Counted from the stretch's first letter, positions 9,255 to 18,811 are shown. The stretch is DNA of 58,479 nucleotides from a virus (IMGVR_UViG_3300005829_000002:1-58479); one strand, 5' to 3'. Translations and numbers: made by a program. The notes: a model not told the origin generated them from the sequence alone.

Positions 9255-9524
9255 ATGTTGCCTGTAACATTTGAACAGCAGAATAAGATATACACTAAGC
9301 CTGAAGGCTGGACCGATGAACAGTGTAGCGATTTGTCAGTTTGGCAAGGGCAAACGCCAATTGATGATCATGGCAACATGTCGCCTTCTATTATCTCTTG
9401 CTGGAAGCTATCTAAGGAAGATATTGAGGAAATTAAGCGTACAGGGGTTATATGGCTGTGCATTAGTAGCGATGGCATGCCGCCAGTTTCATTGTTCACC
9501 GAAAATCCGTTTACCAATGGCTAA
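9255..9524 (+). CDS. hypothetical protein
   Basis: 89-aa ORF. Its end overlaps the next start by 8 nt. Confidence 0.4.
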   Translation: MLPVTFEQQNKIYTKPEGWTDEQCSDLSVWQGQTPIDDHGNMSPSIISCWKLSKEDIEEIKRTGVIWLCISSDGMPPVSLFTENPFTNG

Positions 9525-10368
9525 TGCGATTTCATATTCGTTATTTGGTTACAATCAAATGCATGAACAGTGCGCGGATTTCAGATCCTACCTCCGTGGT
9601 CTGCACCTTAACATTCGTATAGCTGAGTTGCTTTACCCTGGGTGGGATGTTCGGGTAATGGTAGATCAGTCAGTAGTGCAAAGCCCTTACTTTCAATACT
9701 TCTGTAATCTTAATAATGAGGGGAAGATATTATTATGCAACATGAGCACATGGGACTTATGCCGAATGATGCTATACCGCCTGTACCCCTTGTTCTTTGA
9801 TGAAGGCGATAAACCAATGTACGACCGCATTATTTGCCGAGACACCGACAGTCTACTGTCTTACCGGGAACGTCAAGCTGTTGCATATTGGGAACGCGGT
9901 CCAAAGATGGCTCACGCTATAACTGATTCGATTTCTCATTCAGTAACCTTAATGGGCGGCATGATCGGCTTCAAGTCCGGGCCATTCCGCAACCGCATGA
10001 ATGCACTGTCATTGGATACCTTATTTGCTACGGCCGAAGGTATCGACTTCACAAAGAAGGGTGCCGACCAAGACTTTCTGAACCGGTACGTGCTCCCAAA
10101 AGTTGCCGATAGCATTACTGAGCATTTCGTTCTGGGACATCCTCAGACCTTCAGAGGCGATTGCCACAATTTCATACATGATATTGACCTAAAAGAAATC
10201 GGGGTGCCTGATGAGCTTAAGGAGACGAACGGATACGGGTTTCACATCGGGGCGAGCGGCATGCAAACAGACGCAGTTGTAAAATTCTTAACCAAATATG
10301 GGAAAGACAATGAATACTGGGAGGAATTGGAGAAACAATATCCGGAGACTTTTTACTGGGTCATGTAA
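9517..10368 (+). CDS. putative nucleotide-sugar glycosyltransferase (DxD)
   Basis: Starts MANAISYSLFGY. Has a candidate ICRDTDS DxD motif. The 9271 N-terminal extension looks like junk. Confidence 0.4.
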   Translation: MANAISYSLFGYNQMHEQCADFRSYLRGLHLNIRIAELLYPGWDVRVMVDQSVVQSPYFQYFCNLNNEGKILLCNMSTWDLCRMMLYRLYPLFFDEGDKPMYDRIICRDTDSLLSYRERQAVAYWERGPKMAHAITDSISHSVTLMGGMIGFKSGPFRNRMNALSLDTLFATAEGIDFTKKGADQDFLNRYVLPKVADSITEHFVLGHPQTFRGDCHNFIHDIDLKEIGVPDELKETNGYGFHIGASGMQTDAVVKFLTKYGKDNEYWEELEKQYPETFYWVM

Positions 10369-10378
10369 ATTATAAATC

Positions 10379-10723
10379 ATGGGAGTAGACAGAAGCGACT
10401 ATATGATCTATGGGTACAAGCTGCCTAAAGATTATTTCGTATCTAAGGGCATTGAGATATTTGAGGGTAATAAGTATCTGCCGTACATAGAAGGCTGGAA
10501 GGGCGAAAACTATTCAATAGTCGACGACCAGATGTGCGGTAAGTATTGTGTATTCGGCTACTCAATTGCCTATGCAAGCAGCAACGGCTTTGACTTTATC
10601 GAACTGCCGGGAGAATGGCCGGTCAATAGCGAACAGGTTAAGGCAAAGTTTAAGGATGTATTTGGATTTGCCGATGAATCATTAGGGGAACCCAAGTTAT
10701 TATTATTCACTCACTATTGGTAA
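10379..10723 (+). CDS. hypothetical protein
   Basis: 114-aa ORF inside the operon. Confidence 0.5.
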   Translation: MGVDRSDYMIYGYKLPKDYFVSKGIEIFEGNKYLPYIEGWKGENYSIVDDQMCGKYCVFGYSIAYASSNGFDFIELPGEWPVNSEQVKAKFKDVFGFADESLGEPKLLLFTHYW

Positions 10724-10728
10724 ATAAC

Positions 10729-11373
10729 ATGACCGACTTCATCTTTCTTTCCGTCGCCTTTGGCGAGCGATATATAGAGCAGCAAACGAGGCTGCATAGT
10801 TCATTGCAGGCAATTCATCCAGAGGCCAGACATTTGGCATGGACCGATAGATACCCGCCTTACGCAAAGCCCCATAAAGAAAGCCTTTATGGCTTCAAGG
10901 TTCATGCTATTAATGAAGCTATAAGACACGGCTATAAAAAGATCATCTGGCTTGATACGGCATGCATCCTTCAGCAGCCGGTTGATTACTGGTTCGACCT
11001 TGTAAAAGATTATGGGGTATTGGCGGCAAGGGACGACAATAAGCTGACGAACTGCTTCGCTACAAATAAGCTGATGTGGTATAGCCTGGTCGGCATACCC
11101 GAGTATATGCATCTTGTCGGTGGTAGTGCATATATATTTGATTTTGATTTGCCATTATGTGAGAAGATATTTAAGAACTGGGAAGGCGCGGAACGGGGTA
11201 TGGCGTTCGGTAGCCAACAGGAGCAAGCAAGTGGCAAGATAAACGGTCACCGCCACGATGAAAGCTGCATGGCCATGGCGCTGTACCTGAACGATAGCGA
11301 GCCGGTGCCATATGATGTGATGAAGTATAACCAGGGGGAAGGATCGATCATTATTAAAAAGCACTTCAAATGA
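10729..11373 (+). CDS. putative nucleotide-diphospho-sugar transferase
   Basis: FIFLSVAFGERYIEQ ... LYGFKVHAI ... KIIWLDTACIL is a GT8/GT-A-like layout. ATG at 10729 (the track start at 10717 is TTG). Confidence 0.4.
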   Translation: MTDFIFLSVAFGERYIEQQTRLHSSLQAIHPEARHLAWTDRYPPYAKPHKESLYGFKVHAINEAIRHGYKKIIWLDTACILQQPVDYWFDLVKDYGVLAARDDNKLTNCFATNKLMWYSLVGIPEYMHLVGGSAYIFDFDLPLCEKIFKNWEGAERGMAFGSQQEQASGKINGHRHDESCMAMALYLNDSEPVPYDVMKYNQGEGSIIIKKHFK

Positions 11374-11942
11374 ACATCCAAACAATACACGAACACAGCA
11401 TTGACCTCGATCTGCTTACCGGTGGTGTCTGCATTGATGCGGGTTGCCGGGGCTTTCAGTTCAGTGAGGCGATGAGAGATTTGGGGTGTAAGGTGATTGC
11501 TTTCGACCTGGAAGACATGAAGGCGCCGGAGGGCATTTGTTTTTATAAATCCGCTATTACAACAAGGAACGGGCTTGTTCATTATGTTGATACAAAGGAT
11601 CAGCAGGCAAAACATTTAGCTGATCTGGGTATAGCGGTTGATGCGGTTTGTTTAAATAATGTCTATGAAATGAATGGACTTTATTCTGTTGATGTTTTAA
11701 AATTAGACATCGAGGGATCAGAATACGAAGTCCTTTCCGACCCCAACTTTCAGCCCATCCCAAAACAAATAAGCGTAGAGTTCCATATGCACGCGCACCT
11801 GCAACTGCACGACCAGTACTACGACAAATGCATGGAGAACCTGTTGAAGTGGTACGAACCGGTGCAACATGAGTTGACGCAGGCGCATGGGGCGGGATGG
11901 AATTACTGGAATTCGTTATTTATTCGAAAAGATTTGTTATGA
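11370..11942 (+). CDS. FkbM-family SAM-dependent methyltransferase
   Basis: CIDAGCRGFQFS (motif I) and VDVLKLDIEGSEYEVL, the hallmark of Methyltransf_21. Confidence 0.8.
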   Translation: MNIQTIHEHSIDLDLLTGGVCIDAGCRGFQFSEAMRDLGCKVIAFDLEDMKAPEGICFYKSAITTRNGLVHYVDTKDQQAKHLADLGIAVDAVCLNNVYEMNGLYSVDVLKLDIEGSEYEVLSDPNFQPIPKQISVEFHMHAHLQLHDQYYDKCMENLLKWYEPVQHELTQAHGAGWNYWNSLFIRKDLL

Positions 11943-12166
11943 TAGCATTGTTTACATATTTCAGAAGCGACCCAGATACTAAAATAAAAGTATTTCCTCA
12001 TTTATGGGCTGCCCGGGTGGTTGTATTACAAGTATATCGCCCAAAAAGAATATTATTTTTTAGAATATGGAAATGCGTTGATTCTATTGGAATAGATTGG
12101 CCGCCATGCAGAAGCGATTTAGATAAAGAAGTTTCAACGTTATTCATAAAAAATAGTCAATCATGA
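11939..12166 (+). CDS. hypothetical small protein
   Basis: ATGA overlaps at both ends suggest translational coupling. No motif recognised. Confidence 0.3.
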   Translation: MIALFTYFRSDPDTKIKVFPHLWAARVVVLQVYRPKRILFFRIWKCVDSIGIDWPPCRSDLDKEVSTLFIKNSQS

Positions 12167-12906
12167 ATAAAGTTTGCATATTGTCAGTGGACAACAACCC
12201 TGACTACTATTCTCTCCTTCCCCTCGTTTGCCATAGCTGGCGAAAGATTGGGTATGAAACAATTGTAATCGCAGTTGATGTTCCTGAACCGGTATACGAA
12301 ACGCTTCACCTTCATTGCAGAGGCTTCTTTCTGCCGACAAAACCTATCGAAGGCGTAAAGAACTCCACCATTGCGCAGCTGTTACGACTATTCGCATATG
12401 AGCATTTCCAGCCTGATGATATCCTAATCACCGGCGACGCCGACATGATCATCGCATCCGACATCTTCACCCACGACGTAAGCCAGGGGCAAATAGTTTC
12501 ATACGGTTACGACCTCACGGGCCGGTCAGAGCTGCCGATCTGTTACGTGAAGGCTACAGCGGCCAAATGGCGCGAATTGATGGGCGAGTTCACCATACCC
12601 AAGAAAGCCTACTCCGAACGGTGGGAAGATTACTGGTCGGTGGATCAGCAGTTGTTAACCCAGCGCGCGCGCGCATACGGCATGGGTAAGATAACGTTTG
12701 TTGACCGGGGCAACCAGAACAAGCACGGGTTGCCTACGGGCAGATGGGACAGACACGATTTTTTGCACGTACCGGATTCGATAATTGATGTGCATGTGCC
12801 CCGGAATAACTGGGAAGCGCAGGCAGAAGTAGCCGAAAGGCTTTGGCCAGGCGAAGATCATTCTTTCATCACTAAATTCAGGGAGGCGTTATGTCAGGAG
12901 AAATAA
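12163..12906 (+). CDS. putative glycosyltransferase (DxD)
   Basis: KVCILSVDNNPDYY ... ILITGDADMI. Weak GT-A-like signature. Confidence 0.35.
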   Translation: MNKVCILSVDNNPDYYSLLPLVCHSWRKIGYETIVIAVDVPEPVYETLHLHCRGFFLPTKPIEGVKNSTIAQLLRLFAYEHFQPDDILITGDADMIIASDIFTHDVSQGQIVSYGYDLTGRSELPICYVKATAAKWRELMGEFTIPKKAYSERWEDYWSVDQQLLTQRARAYGMGKITFVDRGNQNKHGLPTGRWDRHDFLHVPDSIIDVHVPRNNWEAQAEVAERLWPGEDHSFITKFREALCQEK

Positions 12907-13469
12907 ATGATCCATACGGAATTGAATTTAAGCGTGTTAATCTGAAAGACGAATGTCTATTTCTGGAAAATATAAACAACTGGTGTAATCATCGCCCATT
13001 GCTTTTATTGGCGCTACATCTTACCGCCGGAGACGTTTGCGAGTTCGGTGCCGGTGACGGAAGCACGCCATATCTACGCGAGTATTGCAGGGTTAACGAC
13101 CGACATTTTCAATCATGGGAAAACAATATTGAATGGTCGAATAAATGCGCTGTGGGATTTGTTGATAACTGGGATACGGCCGACATATGGCACCCATGCG
13201 GACTGGCGTTTATTGACCACGCACCAGGTGAACACCGTAAGGTTGCAGTCGAGCGCATGATGGACAGGGCGCAAATTATATGCGTGCATGATACCGAGAT
13301 TGGCGGCGCTGGTGACTATGGATTCGAGCCGGTATTCGCTAGGTTTAAGTTTCGCCTAAACTACAACCGTACCGGCGGCGGGGCGGGCGCAACCCTGGTG
13401 AGCAATTCTATTGATGTAAACTGGTTCCGGGGGTTATCTTTGGGGCCTTATACTTTTGATAATGATTAA
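12891..13469 (+). CDS. class I SAM-dependent methyltransferase-like
   Basis: VCEFGAGDGSTPYL (motif I), AFIDHAP, ICVHDTE. Confidence 0.5.
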   Translation: MSGEINDPYGIEFKRVNLKDECLFLENINNWCNHRPLLLLALHLTAGDVCEFGAGDGSTPYLREYCRVNDRHFQSWENNIEWSNKCAVGFVDNWDTADIWHPCGLAFIDHAPGEHRKVAVERMMDRAQIICVHDTEIGGAGDYGFEPVFARFKFRLNYNRTGGGAGATLVSNSIDVNWFRGLSLGPYTFDND

Positions 13470-13490
13470 AGTGCTTCAAATCAAACTACC

Positions 13491-14111
13491 ATGATCAACC
13501 TCAATCATTGTAACGAATGGCAGCACAGGTGCCCGGAAACAGGCCTTGTCTTTCCCTGGTATACCAAATCCTTTCTCGATGTGCTGGCCACCTGGGAGCT
13601 ATCTGATAAGAAGGTATGCGAGTACGGCGGTGGCGCTTCAACTGTTTGGTGGAATAAAAAAGCAAAGCACGTATTCACCGTAGAAAGCAGTGAAGCATAT
13701 TTCGATGCACTTATTAAGCACATCGGCCACGAGTCCTTAATGATGGTCACGGCCGATAAAGACAAGTACATTAATTGGGCTTATGGGCCGCATGGCGGAC
13801 CTTTTGATATAATTATCATCGACGGGGAACCCATCTCCTGGCGTGACGATTGCGTAAAGCCCGCCCTTGATTGCCTAAAGCCCGGCGGCCGCTTAATATT
13901 TGACAATTGGCTACAACCATCGGTTGAGTGGATGCCGAGCGAGGAAACGCAGCGGACATTATCACAATACCCGGTTCAGGTGTACGCGCAAGAGGGTCAC
14001 CCGGATTGGAAAACGGCGGTATTTACGAAAGTAAATGAAATTGCAGACATTAAAATAACAGAAGTATCCCTGCTTCAAAATGGACAATATGGAATCGGAT
14101 ATTCTTATTAA
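13491..14111 (+). CDS. class I SAM-dependent methyltransferase
   Basis: VCEYGGGASTVWW, FDIIIIDGE, LKPGGRLIFDNW. Confidence 0.6.
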   Translation: MINLNHCNEWQHRCPETGLVFPWYTKSFLDVLATWELSDKKVCEYGGGASTVWWNKKAKHVFTVESSEAYFDALIKHIGHESLMMVTADKDKYINWAYGPHGGPFDIIIIDGEPISWRDDCVKPALDCLKPGGRLIFDNWLQPSVEWMPSEETQRTLSQYPVQVYAQEGHPDWKTAVFTKVNEIADIKITEVSLLQNGQYGIGYSY

Positions 14112-14712
14112 CATTTTAATTCGCACCAGCTACCGCCCGGCCCAATTCGCCCGGTGCCTGGGATCGGTAAAGGGGCAGACGTATAAAAATGTACGGGTAA
14201 TTGTAGGGCTTGATGACATAGGGGCATTGCATTATATCCCGAAAGACATTGAGTCATGGAACGTTTCAAACGAAAGCGATTGCCCGTATTTTTACGACCA
14301 ATACTGCAACACCTTAAAATTGAAAGCTGCAATTGGCTGGTTCTTCTTCCTTGACGACGACGACACACTGGCCAGCCCAACCGTCCTGCAGCAACTTTCT
14401 GAACACCTCACCGGCCCTCACGAGGCCATCATCTGCCAGATGCTGCGTAATGGCGTACCGAAACCGGCCGACAACTACATGCGAAATAAAGTAATATGGG
14501 AAGGCAAGATCGGGTTGCCATGCCTGGTGCTGCACTCAAAACACAAGGCACTATCAGGCCTGGATGGCCAGAAAGCCGGGGATTACCGGTACATCAAAGA
14601 AGTAACCGACCAGGTAAACACCAAATTCATCACCCTGCCATTGGTCAATGCCGGTACCCGTAGTCACGGCAAAATGGAGGCAACTAGCCATATTTCAAAT
14701 ATTTCAGAATAA
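14080..14712 (+). CDS. family-2 glycosyltransferase
   Basis: INILIRTSYRPAQFARCLGSVKGQTYKNVRVIVGLDD ... FFFLDDDDTL. Confidence 0.7.
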   Translation: MDNMESDILINILIRTSYRPAQFARCLGSVKGQTYKNVRVIVGLDDIGALHYIPKDIESWNVSNESDCPYFYDQYCNTLKLKAAIGWFFFLDDDDTLASPTVLQQLSEHLTGPHEAIICQMLRNGVPKPADNYMRNKVIWEGKIGLPCLVLHSKHKALSGLDGQKAGDYRYIKEVTDQVNTKFITLPLVNAGTRSHGKMEATSHISNISE

Positions 14713-14740
14713 ATTGAAAATATATTTCTAATTTCGTACT

Positions 14741-14938
14741 ATGCAGGAAATTAGGTGCAGTAGTCCTAAGTGCAACAAAGTGGTTGGAAAACTTGAGTTC
14801 GGCAAAGCCGAGTTCAAGTGTAAGTACTGCAGCACCTACACGACTGCAGAGATATTGCCGACACAGGCGGCACCTGAACAAGACATACAACAAGCGACCC
14901 AGTGGCCCGAACGGGCAAGAGCATTTGTAGGGAGATAG
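14741..14938 (+). CDS. Com-like zinc-ribbon protein
   Basis: MQEIRCSSPKCNKVVGKLEFGKAEFKCKYCST parallels Mu Com (MKSIRCKNCNKLLFKA...IEIRCPRCK). Confidence 0.55.
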   Translation: MQEIRCSSPKCNKVVGKLEFGKAEFKCKYCSTYTTAEILPTQAAPEQDIQQATQWPERARAFVGR

Positions 14939-14980
14939 GTAGAGGTTAACGCTTAATCCAAAAATACTAGCGCCCCAAGA

Positions 14981-15022
14981 GGGCCAGCATTCAGCAATGG
15001 ATGACTGGCCCTTTTTCTTTTT
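14981..15022 (+). terminator. intrinsic terminator closing the glycosyltransferase/Com operon
   Basis: GGGCCAG (14981-87), 17-nt loop, CTGGCCC (15005-11), then TTTTTCTTTTT. Confidence 0.7.
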
Positions 15023-16603
15023 ATGGAGGTACAACGACTATTATCAGCAGGAAAGGATTTGATCAAAGGCGACTTTAATGGTGCCTTAAAGTCGTTGTCA
15101 CCTTACTCGCAAGACCTAATACCTTCGTCCTATCGGCCATCGATCGGCGGCCTTGACAATATCCTATTCGAAGCCAACGGCAAATCAATATTCCACTTTC
15201 AATACTCCGGCCATAACAGCTCGCAAAAGGCATACGAGAAGTGCCCGCCGGTAAACGCCATCATCAACAAAAAAGCTCAGGCATATATCAACGGGAAAAC
15301 CTGGGTGCTAAATAAGCAAGGCAAGGCAAAAGGTAAAGAATCCACGAGCGCTGAAGCAAAGAAGCTACAGGCCCTATTCAAAAAGCCTAATCCATTACAA
15401 TCATGGAAACAATTTGAAGCGCAGGGTTATATCTACCAGCAATTGTTCGGGTATACGATTGTATTGCCTATTAAGCCGGTAGGGTTTAAAGAGAATATTG
15501 ACGCATCCGCGCTATGGAATATTCCCCCTTCCATGGTGGATATAGAAGAAACAAACAAGCTTTTTTATCAGACCGACACAAAGGGCATCCTGAAACAGAT
15601 CGTGCTTAATTACAAGGGCACGAGAACCATACTGAACGTTGAGGATATATATATTCTTAAGGATTTCACGCCTTCTTTCTGCAGCCTCATTATTCCTGAC
15701 AGTCGTATACGTGCGCTTGAACTTCCTATCAATAATATAGTTGGAGCATACGAAAGCCGTAATGTGCTGATCAATTATCGGGGCGCGCTTGGTATCCTTT
15801 CGCAAGATCCGGGCAGCGGCGCTTATGGTGCTATTCCAATGACGCCAGGTCAAAAGGAGGAACTACAACAAGAGTTTCGCCGATATGGTTTATCAAATCA
15901 CCAATGGCAGTTTATCATAACATCCGCTTCCCTGAAATGGCAGCAGATGGGTATATCTACTAAAGACCTTATGCTGTTTGAGGAAATAGAGGCCGATACG
16001 ATGGCTATCTGCGATTCTTACGGTTATCCATATCAGTTAATGAGTTCGGCAAAGGGGACAACTTTCAGCAATCTCAATGAAGGAAAGAAGTTGCTGTACC
16101 AAGATGCGACTATGCCGGAAGCAGAGAGCATGTATGAGCAATGGAATCAAATGTTCAATACAGAGGCATACGGAATAGTAATAGATAAAGATTATAGCCA
16201 CGTAGCGGTATTGCAGGAAGATAAGGCACAAGCTGCGCAGGCCCGACTGACACTTAATGAAGCGCTGACAATAGAATTTCAGAATGGGTTAATAACGCTT
16301 GATGATTGGCTGGAAAAGTTGGGTGAAGACCCTTTGCCAAATGGTCAAGGCCAGGTACGCGCTACCGATCCGAAATCATCAAATGTTCCACTCGCGGTAA
16401 TGATTGGCGTTGGTGGCGTGCAAGGTTTGATTGCCGTCATAACCGCACAAGGGATGAGTGAAGAAGCGAGACAGGCTACTCTTGAAGTAGTGTTTGGATT
16501 GGCGCCTGGCGATGCGCAAAGAATGTCAATAAGTTCACAACAAACTAATACCAATGAAACCGGACAACAACAGCAAGGGCAACAAGGACAAGCAGCGGCC
16601 TAA
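15023..16603 (+). CDS. portal protein
   Basis: 526 aa, first gene of the head module ahead of protease and capsid. Gln/Gly-rich C-tail. The true start may be further downstream, because 15023 abuts the terminator T-tract. Confidence 0.7.
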   Translation: MEVQRLLSAGKDLIKGDFNGALKSLSPYSQDLIPSSYRPSIGGLDNILFEANGKSIFHFQYSGHNSSQKAYEKCPPVNAIINKKAQAYINGKTWVLNKQGKAKGKESTSAEAKKLQALFKKPNPLQSWKQFEAQGYIYQQLFGYTIVLPIKPVGFKENIDASALWNIPPSMVDIEETNKLFYQTDTKGILKQIVLNYKGTRTILNVEDIYILKDFTPSFCSLIIPDSRIRALELPINNIVGAYESRNVLINYRGALGILSQDPGSGAYGAIPMTPGQKEELQQEFRRYGLSNHQWQFIITSASLKWQQMGISTKDLMLFEEIEADTMAICDSYGYPYQLMSSAKGTTFSNLNEGKKLLYQDATMPEAESMYEQWNQMFNTEAYGIVIDKDYSHVAVLQEDKAQAAQARLTLNEALTIEFQNGLITLDDWLEKLGEDPLPNGQGQVRATDPKSSNVPLAVMIGVGGVQGLIAVITAQGMSEEARQATLEVVFGLAPGDAQRMSISSQQTNTNETGQQQQGQQGQAAA

Positions 16604-16678
16604 AGTGCCAAAAAAGGTACTTGAAAAAAAACTGCTTGAAAAAGAAAAGCAAGTTGCTGATAAAAAAATAATCAAGAA

Positions 16679-17530
16679 ATGAAAAGCATCATACCACATA
16701 ACCTAACTGGTAAATCATTATATGACTATCTGGTCAAGAATGAAGGGCTGATATTTCACACTAAGAAGAGCACGCTGAAGAAAGCTGATGAAATATTCTC
16801 CATGCCTATGTATGTGGATGACAAAGGCAATCTTGTTTCAAAGGCAGAAGTTGTACAACAACAGATTGACCCTAATAAGCTAAAAGTAGCTCTTGTAATT
16901 AATACCACAAATTGGTATGATAGTCATGGCGATGTGCATATACCGGGTATTTGGAAGAAAACCTTATCAGATAATAAAGCAATTGGATTTTATCTTCTCG
17001 ATAATCATGGCCGTGATTTCGAGGATGTAATTACCGAAGGATGCAAAGGATATACTAAAAAAATGCCCTGGAGTGATCTAGGTATTGATGTGCAGGGTAT
17101 AACAGAGGCATTGATATTCGATGGCATAATCGATAAAGATCGAAATGAATATATGTTCGATCAATACCGAAAAGGATACGTGAAGAAGCACAGCGTGGGC
17201 ATGCGTTACATGAAAATGCTCACCTGCATCAATGACGACAATTACCCGGTTCAAAAAGAAAACTGGGATAAATATATCCAGGCTGTAGCTAACCGTGATG
17301 AAGCTGAAGCGGATGGTTATTTCTGGGCAATATTGGAAGCTCAAATAATTGAGGGTAGCGCAGTACTATTTGCGAGCAATCCCATTACTCCAACTATGGA
17401 GGCGACACTAATTCAAGGCAAAACTGATTCAGAAGAAGACACTAACTATCAGCCGCCATCGGGCACTGAGAAAAAGCCGTCATCATTCGATCTGGATCTT
17501 GCGATAAAACAAGTAAAAATTATTGTTTAA
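16679..17530 (+). CDS. prohead protease (HK97/S78-like)
   Basis: NTTNWYDSHGDVHIPGIWKKTL resembles the S78 N-terminal motif. Lies between portal and capsid. Confidence 0.65.
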   Translation: MKSIIPHNLTGKSLYDYLVKNEGLIFHTKKSTLKKADEIFSMPMYVDDKGNLVSKAEVVQQQIDPNKLKVALVINTTNWYDSHGDVHIPGIWKKTLSDNKAIGFYLLDNHGRDFEDVITEGCKGYTKKMPWSDLGIDVQGITEALIFDGIIDKDRNEYMFDQYRKGYVKKHSVGMRYMKMLTCINDDNYPVQKENWDKYIQAVANRDEAEADGYFWAILEAQIIEGSAVLFASNPITPTMEATLIQGKTDSEEDTNYQPPSGTEKKPSSFDLDLAIKQVKIIV

Positions 17531-17548
17531 CTCAAAACAGAGTTCACA

Positions 17549-18811
17549 ATGTTAACAGAACAACAATTTACCGAGCTAACCGCTAAGGTTGGCAACGAGG
17601 CGGCGACTAAAATAAAAGAACAGTTTGCGGCTTCGGAAAAAAGCATCAACGACAAGATCGATGATGTAAAAAAAGGCCTGATGACCTCGAAAGATTTCGA
17701 CACTTTCAAGGCCGAAGAACTTGCAAAAGTTACCGAAAAACTTACGAGCGTTGAAAGTATTCTTAAAGAACAGGGTACGGTCATCAATGCGCTGAAAGAA
17801 ACAGGTAATCCTGCAAAGCCTAAAACGCTGGCAGATGTGCTGGCTGATAAAGAAGTGCTGGCTGAAATCAAAGCCGTTCAGAAATCAGGCCAGGGTAATG
17901 TCGAAATACCATTGGATGGCATTACGCTAAAGACAGCCGGAAGTACATCTATTGGTAATAGTATTCAGCCGATGACGCCGCCGCCTAACAGCCCCTATCT
18001 GCCCGCTGCTGCTCCTTTGGATGCCAGCAATTTCTTCGGCATCATGTACAATCCGAATTTCATTATCAACTATGTTAACAGAGGAAGCACCAACTTCAGC
18101 ATGTTACCATGGGTGAACGAAACATCGGTCGAAGGTGCAGCCGCTGCAGTGCAGGAAGGTGCGCAGAAGCCCCTGTGGAATACCCGGTTTAAAGTTGAGA
18201 TGTCAACCGCAAAGAAGATTGCGGCCATGTCTACCATCACTGAGGAATTCGATCAGGATCTGCCCGGCTTCACGACCATCGTTCAGCGATTGCTTACAGA
18301 AGAAGTAGCGCGCAAATGGGATGATGCAATTTATACGGCAGTAATCGCAGTTGCCAAGCTATACAATATCACCGGGCTGAATGGCAAGGTTGATGATGCA
18401 AACTTATATGATGCCCTTCGTGCGGCCATTGCGCAAATCGGCAAATACAATTTCAATGCAAATTTCATCGGCGTAAATCCTGTTACCGGCGCATTGATTG
18501 AAATGCAGAAATCAGCCACCGATCGCCTTTACCTGGTGCCTCCTTTCATTCAGAGGCTTCAGAGCATGATGCGTGAAGGGAATAAGGTGGCAGAAGGCTA
18601 TGCGCTGGTAGGTGATATCAACCAGTATAATGTCGATACCTACAAGAACATGGTTCTGAAAGTTGGTTACAATAGCGATGATTTCCGTCGTAACCAGTTC
18701 AGCGTAATCGCCGAGGTTCGTTACCACGACTATATCAGCGATAACCGCAAGGATGCATTGCTGTACGATCAACTGGATCGCATTGTATCACTTATCGATT
18801 CTGGTTCATAA
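17549..18811 (+). CDS. major capsid protein (HK97 fold)
   Basis: 420 aa with an N-terminal coiled-coil delta-like domain (MLTEQQFTELTAKVGNEAATKIKEQ). Follows the protease. Confidence 0.8.
   Translation: MLTEQQFTELTAKVGNEAATKIKEQFAASEKSINDKIDDVKKGLMTSKDFDTFKAEELAKVTEKLTSVESILKEQGTVINALKETGNPAKPKTLADVLADKEVLAEIKAVQKSGQGNVEIPLDGITLKTAGSTSIGNSIQPMTPPPNSPYLPAAAPLDASNFFGIMYNPNFIINYVNRGSTNFSMLPWVNETSVEGAAAAVQEGAQKPLWNTRFKVEMSTAKKIAAMSTITEEFDQDLPGFTTIVQRLLTEEVARKWDDAIYTAVIAVAKLYNITGLNGKVDDANLYDALRAAIAQIGKYNFNANFIGVNPVTGALIEMQKSATDRLYLVPPFIQRLQSMMREGNKVAEGYALVGDINQYNVDTYKNMVLKVGYNSDDFRRNQFSVIAEVRYHDYISDNRKDALLYDQLDRIVSLIDSGS

Noticed and set aside
9271-9516. N-terminal 82-aa extension of the 9271..10368 ORF.
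   Set aside because: It overlaps the whole 9255..9524 ORF in another frame and translates to junk-like sequence. An ATG at 9517 with an 8-nt overlap fits the operon pattern.
7090-14712. Island as a DNA-hypermodification or O-antigen seroconversion (Gtr/Wzx/Wzy) cassette.
   Set aside because: I recognised no base hydroxymethylase or kinase, no GT-B DNA glucosyltransferase-like protein, no flippase or polymerase and no bactoprenol-linked GT. These roles are not formally excluded without experiments.
17527-17871. Long antisense ORFs inside the capsid, tape-measure and other large genes (for example 17527..17871-, 23605..24000-, 25345..25698-, 31635..32006-, 32062..32430-).
   Set aside because: Each lies entirely within a well-supported + strand gene, has low-complexity Ser/Ala/Leu-rich composition, and has no independent start context. 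They are shadow ORFs.
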